A stretch of 64,000 nucleotides of DNA. It comes from Epiperipatus broadwayi. Lineage: Eukaryota > Animalia > Onychophora. The number at the start of each line of letters is the position of its first letter. Positions within the stretch are counted from its first letter, which is position 1. Shown piece by piece: positions 1 through 13,526 of the stretch. Location: contig JAQFVV010000004.1 of NCBI GenBank assembly GCA_028023455.1, positions 13,764,001-13,828,000 of the forward strand, written 5' to 3'. The position numbers and the translations under genes are program-made. The notes beneath the pieces were generated by a model. The model saw only the letters and a list, made by a program, of their open reading frames with translations. It was not told where the DNA came from and searched no databases.

Positions 1-59
1 CAAGCTTTTATGTAGTTTCCCATTTCATTATATTATATGGATTCCTGTTTGTAAATCAT

Positions 60-1060
60 TTGGAATATAGTCAAGTTTTTCATCTTTTTTGTTTTGGATT
101 TTTTCATATCTTTCAAACTTTCTTTTATTTTTTTTTCAAAAGTTTTTGTCTACCAAGTTTTGATTCTCTGCTATTTCTTTTTTTAACATCAAGGTTCTTT
201 AATCATTTTATCTTTTTGTTGATACTACATTTCTTATTTTTTTTGTTCTTCTTTGGAATTTTTCCAAGTTTTGCATTCTTTGTATTATTTGTAAAATCTC
301 ATCTGTTTTTATCATTTACAATATAAAATTTAACAATTTTAATCTGATAAATTTTAACTAAATTATAATCCATTAAATGTCACTGAACCCATGATTTTAT
401 CATGCATCTGAGACTTTCACTGCTTTTCCTGCTTTATTTATTAAGATTTTATGGTCATATTTTCCTTTTTTAGTTAAATATGTCTCTCTTTTCTTTTTAC
501 AGTCTTTGACTAAATCAGTATTATCATTTGATCTAATAATTTTGTTATTCAGTTTATTAATATGCATATAAGAATAAATGATTTTTCAATTGCTTAATTA
601 TATCAGTACATCTACTAATTAAAATAATAACCTATAAAACTTGAATTCTATTATTAAATATTAATATTTTAGATAGTAACTATAATAATTTTCTAACATG
701 GTAGTAATACATATTCTCACTGCCTATGGAATAGTGTGGTTTGCGCAGTAAGCCTTAATTTTTTTTAATAACAAGCAAGCTCAGATTTTATTTTCAGACA
801 ACCAAACAATAGATAATCTTTAATAACAATCCAACTATGATCAGTAAATGGGTTTAACATGCTAATATGTTAAGCATTGCATTTGTAAAAAAAATAAAAT
901 GATAGTAATATGATGCAGCCTTTATCGTTGGATATTACTAATTTCAACAGCATGTAAATAATATTTATTACTGCTTAAGTGTGTAGCATTTAGGATTGTA
1001 ATATCATCATAGTTCCAAATATCATACTCAGAACTATATTGCAGGCAGATATAATGAGCC
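60..1060 (-). pseudogene. Possible highly decayed non-LTR reverse transcriptase relic
   Basis: Minus-strand fragments KGCIILLSFYFF (about 920) and CY.DYLIVWLSENKSEL-like (about 800) loosely resemble RT domains 4 and 5; many stops and frameshifts. Confidence 0.2.
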
Positions 1061-1835
1061 ATCGGGCATTGATAAGTGAGAAGTAAAATTGTAAACTGAA
1101 ATCGCTGCCAATTATAAGTTTTAGCTTTTCAGATATCAAAGTTGATTTATGTACAATATATCTGTTTTGAGGTTAGATGAAGGAAAATTCTTCTTTTGTC
1201 AGACTGAGTGAATAGGCATCGATAAATGAAAAGTAAAATTGTATTCGCAAGTTTATTAAAATGACTCGTTATGAAGCTGCCTGCAAAATTGCCATGAGTA
1301 ACGCATTTGGAACTAAAGTGTTCTGTGATATGATCATTGAATATATATGTTCTATATCTTTTTAGAGGAGGGAGGGAGTGCTCGGCCAGTAGTTATTTTT
1401 ACTTTCTTTAATTTCAAATTGAATTTTAGGACATCTCGGGAAAAACTACGTAAACAATATTAAAGTTGTTATATAAAGTGATAGTTTAATTTATGTTGTT
1501 ATTTATTTTGTGCAAAAAATAAATTACATTGATTTTTATCTTTGTTATTTAATTATATAAAACAACTCATAATTGTTTAAAGTATTTTAATTTTTTAAAA
1601 AAAAATAGAGGAAAATAAACAGAAAATAATTATATTTATAATTGAAAACAAATCTGTCATTTGATGAATATCACATAAAATGAAATCAAGTAATAAAAAA
1701 TCAATAGTTTTTTTTTTTTTTTTTTGATGAAATTGGTTTATAGATTTAAAACTATGAAACACTTTTAGTAATTTGATAAATAAAAATACAAAGTCGTTTT
1801 AAAAAATATCTACATATATAAAACAAGTGATTTTT

Positions 1836-3290
1836 TTCTCCAAGATAAATTTTATTCAGTACTCAATGGTTACATAGGTTTCATAATGATATTATACAGG
1901 TTATATGAATAATTGCATGTATATACATAGGATTATGTACAAATTGCACACCTAAAAAATCGCACAAAAATAGACTTAACTTACCTTGAAAAATAGGGGA
2001 TATGGGTTGTAATTTTCAGAATTCGCATAAAAACAAAACAAGAAGGAAAAATTACTTTAAAATTCGCATTAAAAAAATAAGGAAATAAAGTATGACTAAT
2101 AAAAAATATCAAATATTTGAAAAAAATTGATACAAGACAAACTTTTTTTATTTTTTTTTATTAACTACAGTATTTAATTTGGCATTTTTTCATGCGTATT
2201 TTAATCATTATCGCTATTAGAATGTGCAGTTCGTTTGTAAATTGGTAAAAAATCAGATTCGTCGATGTGATATGATGTAGTTTCTTCTTGAATGAAGTCA
2301 AGAATCTCTCAGCAATTATGCCCAGAGAAACTTGTTAGCCACTTTATTTTTCATTCCCCATTCTAATTTTTACCATATTCTGCTCCATCCCATTTACTCA
2401 ACTAGTGGCAATTTCAGTCTTGTGCTGTGTTAATGGTTTTCTGTTGACAACTGATTTTTACTACTGAAATAAATTTTAAATGTTCACATTTTGTTTTTAT
2501 ATTAAAAAAAAGAGGATCGCAATCAAAACAAAAAGATTATACATTATCATTAAAAATATTATTTTCAGTTTATAAAATCAATAAAATCTTCGTTATATAT
2601 TTTAAAAATCTACATTATTTATTTCTGTTATACCTAACAAAATACATTTTAAAAGTTTAAATTTTTTGAATATTTATTGCTATATTTTTATATGTAAGCA
2701 TAAATCTATTATTATTATTTACTCATTAGTATAAGTAGGTTATTTATTCTAAATATAGCTTCAGGCCATATTCATGTTAGCTGCTAATATAACGTTATAT
2801 TTTTGAAAGAAAAAAAAAGTATTTCAAGTCAAAATAAGTTATTAATAATTTAAATTTCTTGATATCTAATAAATATAGTGAAATATGAAAAATATTAAGA
2901 AGAAACATGAATCGCATCACTTCAAAATTGCATTAAAATAATACGCATAAAACGAGACCCAGGTGTATATAAAGTCTGTTACTCAAGTATGAACTATGCC
3001 AATGATTATAAATAATTCATCATAGAAAAAATTATCACATTGTTGGGATGGTTACATATTTTGGAGTACTTATATAATGTATAAATATAGTATCTTGAAA
3101 TTATCAGGTGGATGTTTTATGTTAACTAGGATACCTGCTCCACCAGCTATGCATTGTTTGTGGACAGTCCACAATAACCCAAGTAGCTAAATGTTTCTAT
3201 GATTATATAATTAGAGTTTATATGGCATTTGGTTTCTCCCATAAAGAAGATATGGGGATGGTTTAATCTAACCCATTGCTCGAAAACTAG
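1836..3290 (-). mobile_element. L1/Tx1 APE-endonuclease 5' fragment, split by a MITE
   Basis: 1836-1948 plus 2966-3290 align by eye with 37925-38350, which translates on the minus strand to an APE N-terminus homologous to 15658-15990. Confidence 0.7.
1949..2965. mobile_element. MITE / non-autonomous Tc1-mariner-pogo-like DNA transposon
   Basis: Absent from the paralog at about 38030 (caaattgca-tatata). Ends are CACCT...AGGTG flanked by CA/TA (decayed TA duplication). Repeated AATCGCAT/TTCGCAT subterminal motifs. The same right end recurs at 37470-37543. Confidence 0.65.
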
Positions 3291-4300
3291 TGATTTATAC
3301 CATCTATTTTTGACAAAAGAAATCAAAGATTTTTTAAATATACAAATAACTAGATATGTGAAACAAATTATTTGATTGACATTTGCGAATGCATAATAAT
3401 TTATGTGATGTAAATGACAACTTTAATTTTATTGTGAATATTGGGGATGCTCATATCTGATATTAGATTTTATATGCACATGCATTATTTCTACTTCACA
3501 TTAATATTAACAGAAAGGCGAGACATAAAGTTAAAGAAATAGTGTAAATTGAAACACTTAAAAAATAAAAAGTATAGCTGCTAAAAGAATTTGCATAATA
3601 GATTATTTATACATGTTTCTGCTAAATAATTAGCCTATGGTATTATTCTTTTTCATGGTGCATAGAAATTAAATTTATGTGATATTTGTTTAGTGAGGAA
3701 TATTGATTTTTGCACCAAAAGTCATTGATATATTTTTTATATTCTTTATATTCAATAAATATTGTTTTGTATCACTAATTTACTATATGTGTTTCATTTG
3801 AATGTCTATTGATTGAATTTCAAATATTAATATGGATCAAAGATATATGGATTACTAAATTAAGAGTTTGTATAAACCTAATTTAATCCTAAGAAAAAAA
3901 AACATTTGTGGTATATGCAGTTTTGCTAGACAATAAGAAGTTATATTGGGGAAAGGGGAAAGTCTCATATATAAAACATTCATAATGACTAAATAATTGA
4001 AAAGTTTAAAAATTTTAGAGTTATATTCATACTAAAACAACAAATTTTTGAAGTTTTCATGAATGAAGTAAGAATGAAGATGACAATTTAATTCTACTTT
4101 TGATGTTAATGTTACTCTTGTATTATAGTTGTGCCTATTGAATACTGACAAAGAAAAAATTGTTATTTGAACTGAGAGTGAAGATTAAAATTCAATTATA
4201 AGAAAAGTGCTAACCCTTAGAGAGACAATCACATTGTAAATTTTCATATACATCCTCATTTCAGTACTAGTGAAAACATAGACTGATTGCTACAATATAT

Positions 4301-4477
4301 ATCATTAAAAACCAGTCACCACTTAGACAATCCCAATATTAATATTAATCAACAATTTCAAACTGTTGTCAAGGCAACCTCCATTATAGTTAAGAAAAGA
4401 TTGCCTTGACAACAGTTTGAAATTGTTGATTGTTATTGATAGTGGGATTATCTAAGTGTTGACTGGCATTTAATGAT
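4301..4477. repeat. Inverted repeat, 77-bp arms, 23-nt spacer
   Basis: 4301-4377 is the near reverse complement of 4401-4477. Confidence 0.9.
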
Positions 4478-5349
4478 TATTTACAAACCCATTTAGCCTT
4501 GAACATTATTACCCTTAAATATATATATATATACAAATAAAATATTATCCAGGTTCATCCTTATATAATTAATTGTAGTAAAAAATATATACCAATTGTT
4601 TTCATTCAGAATAATAAAATATCTTGTTTTATCATATGATGACTCACAAAATACATAATTGCTACTCAATATAAATGCAAAATGTTAAGAGCCATATTTG
4701 TATTTTAAAAATGAAATAATTTTTCATTGTATAGCAACCAAAAGTCAACTTCTTGATAAAGAAGCCTGGCTTGTATAACCAAAAGGCAGAGATGGTCATG
4801 AAATGAATATTAATAATATATCTATTAGCAAACCACATTGAATTCAAATGAACATGTTGCACAGGAGAAAAGTTGTTTCTTCCATGTTTATCTAAACATC
4901 AACTATCAAGAATGAATGAAACAGATGAACCAAATATTAAACTATATAAATTAATCTTCTGTGTTAACCTACTCATGTAATCTTTATCAGCATAGCTTAA
5001 TATTTATGAACACATCCTTAATAATCATTTATGAAAATAGTAACTCCAACAAGCCAAAGAAAAGTCTTACTTATTGCATTATATCTAACATAAGAAAAGA
5101 ACATATAGATGACTAAGAATTTCTTATACTTAATGTTGGTCATTGGATATTTTTAAAAGTGTCCCAGAACAGTCACCTAATTCATAACATCTAAAAAAAA
5201 TTCTCTCAAATTTATAATTGTTTTTGTACATATTTATAGAAGAAAATGAGAAGGAAGTGAAGGACACATATAACACAGATTTTGAGAAATGCCTTTATTA
5301 TTTGAACTTGGAAATTAAAATGAGAGAAAGTGGTATAAATGCAAACCTT

Positions 5350-5971
5350 ACATGATCACCATTTTTTATGCTTGTTCATAACTGTTACTAAAACAGGTAA
5401 AACTCTCCATAGAGTAGTGTCACTCAGTGCAAGCCAGAGTAATCAATGAATGCTAGAAGGCTTGTGTATAAAATCTCTATCTAGTGCCTACTCATCCAAT
5501 ATCCTCAGACTAGTTTCTAGCTTGTGGTTATGAACAAGCATAAGAAATGGTGATCATGTGATGTTTGGTGGTTTAATACCAATCCTGCATAGTAGGATAA
5601 TGGTAGTTATGGTTATTAAAGAACCAAAGACATCAAAATGTATGGATACTGAACTGAGTTCAGACCTATGTATTTATATAAGCTAATGATCTTAGATTGA
5701 AAATATTGTGTTTTTAATTTTATTCTCATAGTTTTGTAGTTAAGTAGATATAAAAGGTGGCTGCTGGAGAGTTGCATTATATCCTAAGATCTAGATGCAG
5801 TGCTCTCAGATCCAAGGCTCATCACTGATGAAGGCCACAGGCCAGAAACTAGTCTGGGAATAATGAATGAGTAGGCACTAGATAGAGATTTTATGCACAA
5901 GCTTTCTGGAATCCATTGATTACTCTGGATTGCACTGAGTGGCACTATTTTATGGAGAGTTTTGCCTGTTC
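5350..5971 (+). mobile_element. Retrozyme-like family A, locus 1 (inverted partial copy plus about 445-nt monomer)
   Basis: 5527-5971 is homologous to 25940-26377. 5351-5526 contains inverted pieces of the same unit. Flanks aaatgcaaacctt (5337-5349) and aaatgtaaacatt (5972-5984) match 11/13. Confidence 0.8.
5811..5870 (+). ncRNA. Type I hammerhead ribozyme (family A)
   Basis: CTGATGA 5825-5831, stem II ggcc-aca-ggcc, GAAAC-TA-GTC 5845-5854, stem I ctcatca/tgg...atgag. Confidence 0.75.
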
Positions 5972-6689
5972 AAATGTAAACATTGTTTGAAATTTATTAG
6001 GGAGTGGCATTTGTGTATGCATTTCTAGAATATTGGTCATTAAAGATTATAATGCCACATGCTCAGTTGTATTTGTCATATTTATATTTTTCTGCACTAA
6101 TAAATTAGGCATTCACAGTTATTGAAGACAAAATGATTATCTTTTATTGTATGTAGATATTTTGCTAGGTAATCCATTCCTGATATATTCTCTGCTATAT
6201 TAATCTAGAAATGCAACTTTTAGAAATGTTAAGAATTAAATGTCTAACAATAAAATCTTATAAATTTAAGCATTTCTAAAAATTATTGCCAAATGATACA
6301 TTAGTTTACTGTATTTGGATCACGATTCGGAGACATGTTGTTACTTGAAAGAACTTATGCTAATATATTCTAAGCCTGTGATTAGGAGTAGGTTATAAGC
6401 ATCAATTTTTTTGTTGTTGTAATGACAAAAGATCTTAAATGATGATGAATGTGTTAAAGAGGATAAATTATTTTATCCAGTAAAAAAAAAAAAAATTAGT
6501 TAAATGAAATTATTATGTTCATAATATGATCAGAAAGATTACTTGTTATAAAATGAATGATAGATACAATATCAAACATTTTCTTAAAAAAGTAAAAAGT
6601 AGAATTTGAAGTAAGTAGTTATATCCAAGAAGAACATGTTAATAACTAAATACCTAAAAGAATAGAGATAAATAAGTTCATATACACAT

Positions 6690-7700
6690 ATCATTTTCAG
6701 CCACTTTGAGTTCACTGCAGGATGAAGCCTTTTTATTTCACCCATCCTTCTCACTTTGTCTGAATATAGAACATTAAAAAGTGTTGGGATGTCCCATTTA
6801 AACCTTCAACTGTCCATATGTCACAATACCTTCTAGCAATATGTTTAGACCACTTCCAGTTTAGTCTCATAATTCTTTTTTAATGATGTTAATAATACCT
6901 GTTTCATGTCTCAATCATGTATTTAATTTTTAATCTCTTTTTGTTACATGCCTTTTCATATTTCATCAAGGAATTTGAGATTTTTGTATTTCTTTTCTAT
7001 TAAGGTTCCAAATCTCAGATTAATAAGTATGAAGTAATAAAATACATATATTAAAATTTTCCTTTTTAAACACAGACATAATTTCTTTTGATATTAAATT
7101 ATTTCTAGTAAAAACAATTCATTCAAATTAAATTTTCTGATTAACTTAATCTATTATTATTCTTTCTGTATTAATAATTTCATTAACATGTTTGTAATTG
7201 TTTAGTTTTTCTAATTCATCGTATCAATCTTTATTTTCTTCTAAAAAAAATTCATTAAACATTATTTTAGTTTTTTAATATTAATTTTTAGTCTTATTTT
7301 TTTATTTTTATGTGATAACTCTTGCAATATTTCCTTAAGCTCTGAAACATTATTTCCAAAAACAATCACATTATTTACAAAATGTAAATGACTTACATAA
7401 TCTCTATTTATTTTTATTCTCTTAGACTTCCTTAATCCACAACGTATTTTATGTAATACTGCTGTAAAATGTTTTGGAGATATAGATAATAATATACTGA
7501 GTCTGTATGTTGATGATCCAAAGTTTTAATCACAGTCAAATACCTTGTCATAATCCATAAATCCAATGCATAATAGGAAGTCATATTCAATGGGCTGTTT
7601 CACAACTTCTCTCCATACTTGTATGTAACTCATTGTGTAAAAAATACATTTTTAATCCAGCTTCTTTTTATTTATTAAATATAATATATAATAATATTCC
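6690..7700 (-). mobile_element. Decayed RTE-clade non-LTR retrotransposon (RT domains 4-5 to 3' end)
   Basis: Minus-strand ISPKHFTAVL (about 7470), VSHLHFVNNVIV (decayed FADD, about 7385), RLNWKWSKHIARR (about 6850, RTE LKW.WAGH motif); 3' end ...cctgcagtgaac...ggctgaaaatgat. Confidence 0.7.
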
Positions 7701-9231
7701 AAACTTCAATATTTTGTATATTTTAATCATTTTATGTAATTACATATAATGTATTAAATCAAAGAATAGGAACCTCTAAAATTGGCAAAACCATTTAAAA
7801 TGAAAATAATATTTAGTTTTACTCTTTTTTTTACATATTTTTTGGAAAATGGTGTATAGGTGTAGAAAATTTGATTTTTTAAATTAAGATGTGTGCTTGA
7901 TTGATTCTATAATAATATACATAGTTGTTGTGTTAATCGATTTTGTAATTATGATATTAAGTTATTGCTTCTCTTCTGATGTACATTCTATACTAGATCA
8001 TATACATATAAGTATACACAATGTTTGTCTAATTATCTGTTCTGGTTGTTATTGCTGTGAAGACTAAAATAAATAGAGATTACAAGCAGGGAATGGTGTC
8101 AAAAGGACATGGTGTTGTGATGAAATTGGTTCATTAAAAAATTATAGGGTGACATCTTCATAGAATTATTGTACTTATTTTTAAAAAGAAATTAAAGTCT
8201 GGTTTTTGTTTTTGAACCCTTCATATGTTGGTATGTAATATTGATAGTGTAGTTTTGGCTTGAGTTATTTTATAACCAGAGACAACCTGATGAGAAAATA
8301 AAATCCTGCTCCAAAAAGAGGGCATCTGTATAGTGGACCTTAAAAATATGAGGGCCTGGAAATTATTATTAATCTACATAGATACTAAAAATGTGTAGTT
8401 TTTGTGAAATATGAATGCCTAATTTTTTAATATTAATTATGAATCTAAAGTTAAGTAATCTAAATATAGACTTGCACAAAAGCTTACAAAATAATTCAAT
8501 TTACACTACAAAATAACTACTTTCTGTCCATATACTTGTGGTTAATCCTGGAAACATTTATATACTGTAATTTTATCATAATTTTATATTATTGTCAAAA
8601 TTCTATACTATAAAGTGACATAAATTTACTTATCTATCAAGTCTGATTATTATTTTTTGTTTGTTTCATCATAAGCTATTTCTAAAATTAATCATTTCTT
8701 TGTTTAATTATTTGAATATCTTGTTTAGCATAGCTAAACAAAACTTATTTTTTGTCATGTTTAAAAAATAATTTTAACCCATCAAACATGCAATATATTA
8801 AATAATCATAATGGAAAAATTGTGGTCATTTTTATGCTTTTTATGTTTAAAAGTAAATCTTTATTATTTATTAAAAACATGACATTTTTTATAATACCAA
8901 TTAAAATTATAATATTAAAAAACAAACAAATTAATAAAATAATCAAATGAAATAAATAAATCAGAATAAAAAATTATGTTTTTGCATTTAGATGAAAATG
9001 TTTTTAAATAAATAATAGTTTTTTCTGCACCAAACTTTTATTTCTAAGAAATGTCAGTAAATAATACATTCAAGTAAAAAAATATAATTTTTGAAGCTTA
9101 AAAATTCAATATATAATTAGAAAAAAATAGCAAAAAAAAGTTATAAGCTTTTTAATAAGTATTTTTTAAGTCAGAAGTATATTCTCTTATTTTTCTCTTT
9201 CACTTTCTTTGCATATCTTCATATAATCATG

Positions 9232-9505
9232 TATATATTTCTTATAACACTTCTTTCCTATACACATCAATGCAAACAAATTTTGTTAACCTTCTTTATT
9301 TTCCTTACAGTTTCAACTGTCTAGCAGTCTTCATCAGAGCTCTAATCTTCTTTTTAATTAATCTTCATTTTAATTAAAGCAGTGAAGAAGATTAGAGCTC
9401 TGATGAAGACTGCTGGACAGTCGAAACTGTAAGGAAAATAAAGAAGGTTAAGAAAATTTGTTTGCATTGATGTGTATAGGAAAGAAGTGTAATAAGAAAT
9501 ATATA
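9232..9505. repeat. Inverted repeat, 120-bp arms, each with an HHR-like motif
   Basis: 9232-9351 versus 9386-9505, 34-nt spacer. Confidence 0.95.
9398..9433 (+). ncRNA. Minimal PLE-type hammerhead motif (mirror copy 9304-9340 -; third copy 10705-10740 -)
   Basis: CTGATGA-A-gactg-ctgga-cagtc-GAAAC-tgta; stem I only about 2 bp and stem III irregular. Confidence 0.55.
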
Positions 9506-10745
9506 TATTTTTTAAGTCATCACTTTTTGTTTCTTTGCCTTATTTTCTGATAAAAACAAATATGTTCAAATAAAACCTGAATGTGAACATCATATACATA
9601 TAAAAAAATAATTAGTTTTATTTTACAAAAATAAAAAGTAAACAGATTGTGTGGAAACTTTCAAAATATAGAGACTGATGTTATACAAATGCAATACCAA
9701 GACATTATTTTGTAATACCTGGTGGAAGTTTTTAAAAATACTCAACCATTTACCTTTATATAAAATCATTCTTTTATATTAAAACTCAATAAATTGAGTT
9801 TAATTTTTTAAAATTTAATTTCAAAAATGAAATATATTCTAAAAAATCATATTTAAACTTTACAAATATTGAAAAAGTAAGTTATAAATAAGAACAAAGG
9901 ACTTAAAGCATCATACTATACTGTGAAAGTAAATAATATTGAGAAAATGAATGATTTTTTTAAGTATAAACAAATGAATGTGAATTTACAATAAATCTGA
10001 TATCTGCTTTATAATTATTACTGATTTAAAAAGAGTCTAACAGTTTATTAATTCTGACAAGTAAATAACAAATGTGGTCAAACTTTGGCATGATTTTCTT
10101 TGTTATCTATTATGGTTAAGTTTATTAATTTCTATTTTTTAAAGTAAATGGATAAATAAATGTGTATTATTTTTGTTTTAAATAATTATCAGCTATTAGT
10201 AAGTAAAAATAATCAGAAATATCTTATAAATAAGCAAACAAGTGTATTATTTTAATTTTAAAAATTCTGCATAAAAATGAGACTACAATAAAGAAATGAT
10301 GTGGAAGGATGGTTTTTTGTGGTTACCAATAAAGTCTTTTATTTTTGCTGACTGTCAATATCATAATTAAATCTTCATACATTTCTTGATTTAATAAATC
10401 AATAAAAGCAGCCTCAGAGAAAGTGTATTTTTTAAAAAAATCTCTCGTTATTATCAATTATAATAATGGTAAAACAGAAATCTAAATCTACAGAACTGTC
10501 ATAGTATTTCTACAGTAAACAAGCCATGAAAACAAATGAAAGTTAGCATAAATAAATTAAATCAATTCCTTGAATCAAAAACCCATTCTGTTGACTTTTA
10601 CTTTTTCTTGGATAATATTAACATTTAACTACAATCTATACACTCTTCTATGAACTCATTTTTAGCAAAAAAAACTTTTTATTGTACATATATAAATACA
10701 CAATCTGATGTTTCAACTGTCCTGTAGTCTTCTTCAGAGCTATGA
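9506..10745 (-). mobile_element. Possible decayed PLE body between two direct-repeat HHR-bearing ends
   Basis: Related HHR motifs at 10705-10740 and 9304-9340 lie in the same orientation; the sequence between them has only weak GIY-YIG-like fragments (LFTCQN, about 10060). Confidence 0.35.
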
Positions 10746-11625
10746 TATAATGAACAGCATAAAATACATAACTATATAAATAATACTATAAAAATGTAAA
10801 CACTAAAATTAATAAAATAATAAAAAAACATTTAACTATTTTAATTTGAATTAATATATATATATTAGTTTAAATTTTTGCTGTCCATCAAATGAATATT
10901 ACAGAATAGCTCGTGAGCCACTTTAGTACCAATTGTGATACAATTGAAGCACCAAATCAGATTTACAAGTTTAATTAGTAGTGTACAGAAAGTTATGGTA
11001 TTATTAATTGTTTGGGAAACTTTCAATGATATTTTGCTTTTTGGTGTCTTTCTAACATAGACAAATAATTTTTGTTACAAGACTTATTACTCAAAAAATA
11101 ATTTTGGTAGGCCATTACTTTGAGTAATAATTATTTGGTTTTAAATAATGAAATAGTTTATAACACATTGATTATTAGGAATAATTAAGATCACCTATGT
11201 GCTAGGAATAAATGTAGATGTATTTATTAAAAACAAGATAGGTGAAACGAATTGTTTACCATGTCTTTCTCTTTTACATTGAGCCCTTCTCAATTTCAGA
11301 TTAAAGAAAATAAATAATAACTAAATCATTTGGCCTGTTTTTTATAACATGATGCTTCAGCAACACTAACGTTCATGATCTGTTGATACTATATTATATA
11401 TAATAGATGAGATCCATCCAAAACATTAGTGCTATCAGGATAATAAATAAAAGTAACATTATAAATGGAAGAATTAATCCACATGTACATACACGTATAT
11501 ATATATATATACATTTAAAAAAAATTATTTATGCTATAAAAATGTAAGTTTTATTGATGTTAAATGTATGAACCACATCTTCTATGCATCAAAAATTGTT
11601 AATGGTAAATTAGAATTTCATTTTT

Positions 11626-11731
11626 TTTCCATATGTCATAGCATCTGCTGGGAGGCAAACCCACAACCGTCTGCAAACAACTACTTGCTTGCAAGGCGGC
11701 TGCGCTGACATCTCGGCTAACAACGCTTGAC
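11626..11731 (-). mobile_element. tRNA-Gly-derived short SINE, copy 1
   Basis: GCGTTG...ccgccTTGCAAgcaag...gggtttgcctcccagcagatgc, A-tail, 15-bp TSD tagaatttcattttt at 11611-11625 and 11732-11746. Confidence 0.85.
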
Positions 11732-13425
11732 TAGAATTTCATTTTTAAAGAAAGTATTATACATTTGTAGAAAAAGCAGCAACACTAAACTAGTTTTAAA
11801 ACAATTTTCCAACATTTAAATTTATTAGCTGGGAATAAAAAGTTAATTTGATTTAAAACGTAGTCAGGGAACGATGATCTGGAATTGAATTTTGCTTGAG
11901 CACGAATTTTATTTCATATATATTGAAGTTTTTCAAACAATTGCGTGATTATTTAAAAAAAATACCTGGAATAAAAATCAAATCAATTATCCTTTTGATA
12001 ATGATTGATCAAATCCTGCATTTCTATATGACTTAGTTCAGCATTAGAATCGCAAACTGTGTAGGTCAGGGACCATCTATTACAACCCAAATTTGTCATT
12101 TTCAGTGTTTGAACGTCTTAGGCAATAAATCATTTGATTATTTATATATATTTGGTAAATAGATATATAGCTACTCTTTGCTGAAAAGCTTTAAGAAAAT
12201 CTAATTTGGGCAGATGAATATAAATTTGTAGGAAAAAGACATGAAATTTTTTACATGACTGATAAAAGCTGCATTATATGATGCAATTATAATTTTTTTT
12301 TGTTTTTTTTTAAACAATGTACCATCGTCAGCTCATATTAATCGGGATATAGCAACAATAAATAAAATCATATAATAATAACAACAATATATGATTCATA
12401 ATGATTAATCTCTCGATATTTAAAATGTTAAATTAATACACACAGAAACATTTGAAATGCTCTTCACTTGATAAGATAAAACTCTATAGACTAAATGGCC
12501 AAATATGGTTTTAATCATTGTCCACATGTTCATAAATTAAACAAACTTATATGTGTTTGAATTGACTAACATCATCATATATGTGATATACATGATCAGA
12601 TCAATGTAAATGGGCCACTGCTATGATTTCTGGAATGGGAAGTTATATGTCTTCAATTTCTGGTGATAACTAATGTCTTAATGTAATTGATATGAAATTA
12701 ATTGTTTTTTGTTTATATATACAAGCGTAACCTCTGATTTTGTTGACTGGTTTCCTTTGAGATTGATATGTAAATGTCCTTTTTGTAAATGATTCTTATG
12801 GTTTGTGAATAAAATTTCCTTTTGAAAGATAATAATATGAATGATGATGATGATAATAATAATACAAATAATAATTATTATTTTGTTCTTCTCATTGAAA
12901 CGACGTTGCTTTTGCATTTTTCCTTTCCTAAACAAGTTTTTTTATTTCATTTTAGATCAATATTTTAAAATATTTTCCTGATTTTGCTTATACCGGAATC
13001 TACTTTTTATAATTTCTATTACAATTTTCTTTTATGTTAATCCATTTTTTTCCAGTCAATATTTATATGATTTTTATAAATAATAAACATCTTTTTTTAT
13101 TTTTAAAAAAAAATGTAAACATCTTCCAAACATTTTATATAAATAAATAAAAAAAAGAATTTTATTTTCTAATATTAGAAATCAAAATCTTTTGTAGATG
13201 TTTACAAAAACATTTGATATATATATATATGCAGATAATTGAGGAAACTTTTTAAAATCAGATATGTTATTACCACAAAAAGCTAATAATCCTTGATTTA
13301 ATGATAAGTCTGTAAAATCATACATATTTGAAGATAATAAAAAAAAAAGTACTAGTTTGCAATTATAATGATTATAGTATATTAGTATATGTAATACTTC
13401 AATCTCATCATGACAACAATATGAG

Positions 13426-13526
13426 TTTTTTTTTATGTGTCATAACATCGGCCGGGACGCGAACCCGCTAACCTGGGACAACTGCTTGTAAGGCAGCTGT
13501 GCTGACCTCTCGACCACCAACGCTTA
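13426..13526 (-). mobile_element. tRNA-Gly-derived short SINE, copy 2
   Basis: Reverse complement gcgttggtggtcgagaggtcagcacagctgccttacaagcagttg...cgggttcgcgtcccggccgatg resembles eukaryotic tRNA-Gly(TCC); A-tail. Confidence 0.85.

Noticed and set aside
60-326. 88-aa Phe-rich ORF, and similar short ORFs (12678-12935, 34302-34547 and most ORFs under 90 aa)
   Set aside because: Low-complexity by-products of T- or A-rich DNA, or antisense frames of transposon relics.
4401-4430. TTGACAA...GAAA as another U3-A8 hammerhead
   Set aside because: No stem II, stem III or stem I complementarity.
8287-8320. Isolated CTGATGA core (also TTGATGA hairpin near 42970 and CTGATGA near 45090, both minus strand)
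   Set aside because: No stem II followed by GAAA.
13141-13160. aaaaaagaattttatt as the 5' TSD of the L1/Tx1 element
   Set aside because: Imperfect low-complexity match more than 1 kb upstream of ORF1, with a SINE in between.
13426-13526. Functional tRNA gene
   Set aside because: B box altered (GGTTCGCGTCC), enlarged variable region, A-tail, TSDs in sister copies and multiple diverged copies indicate a SINE.
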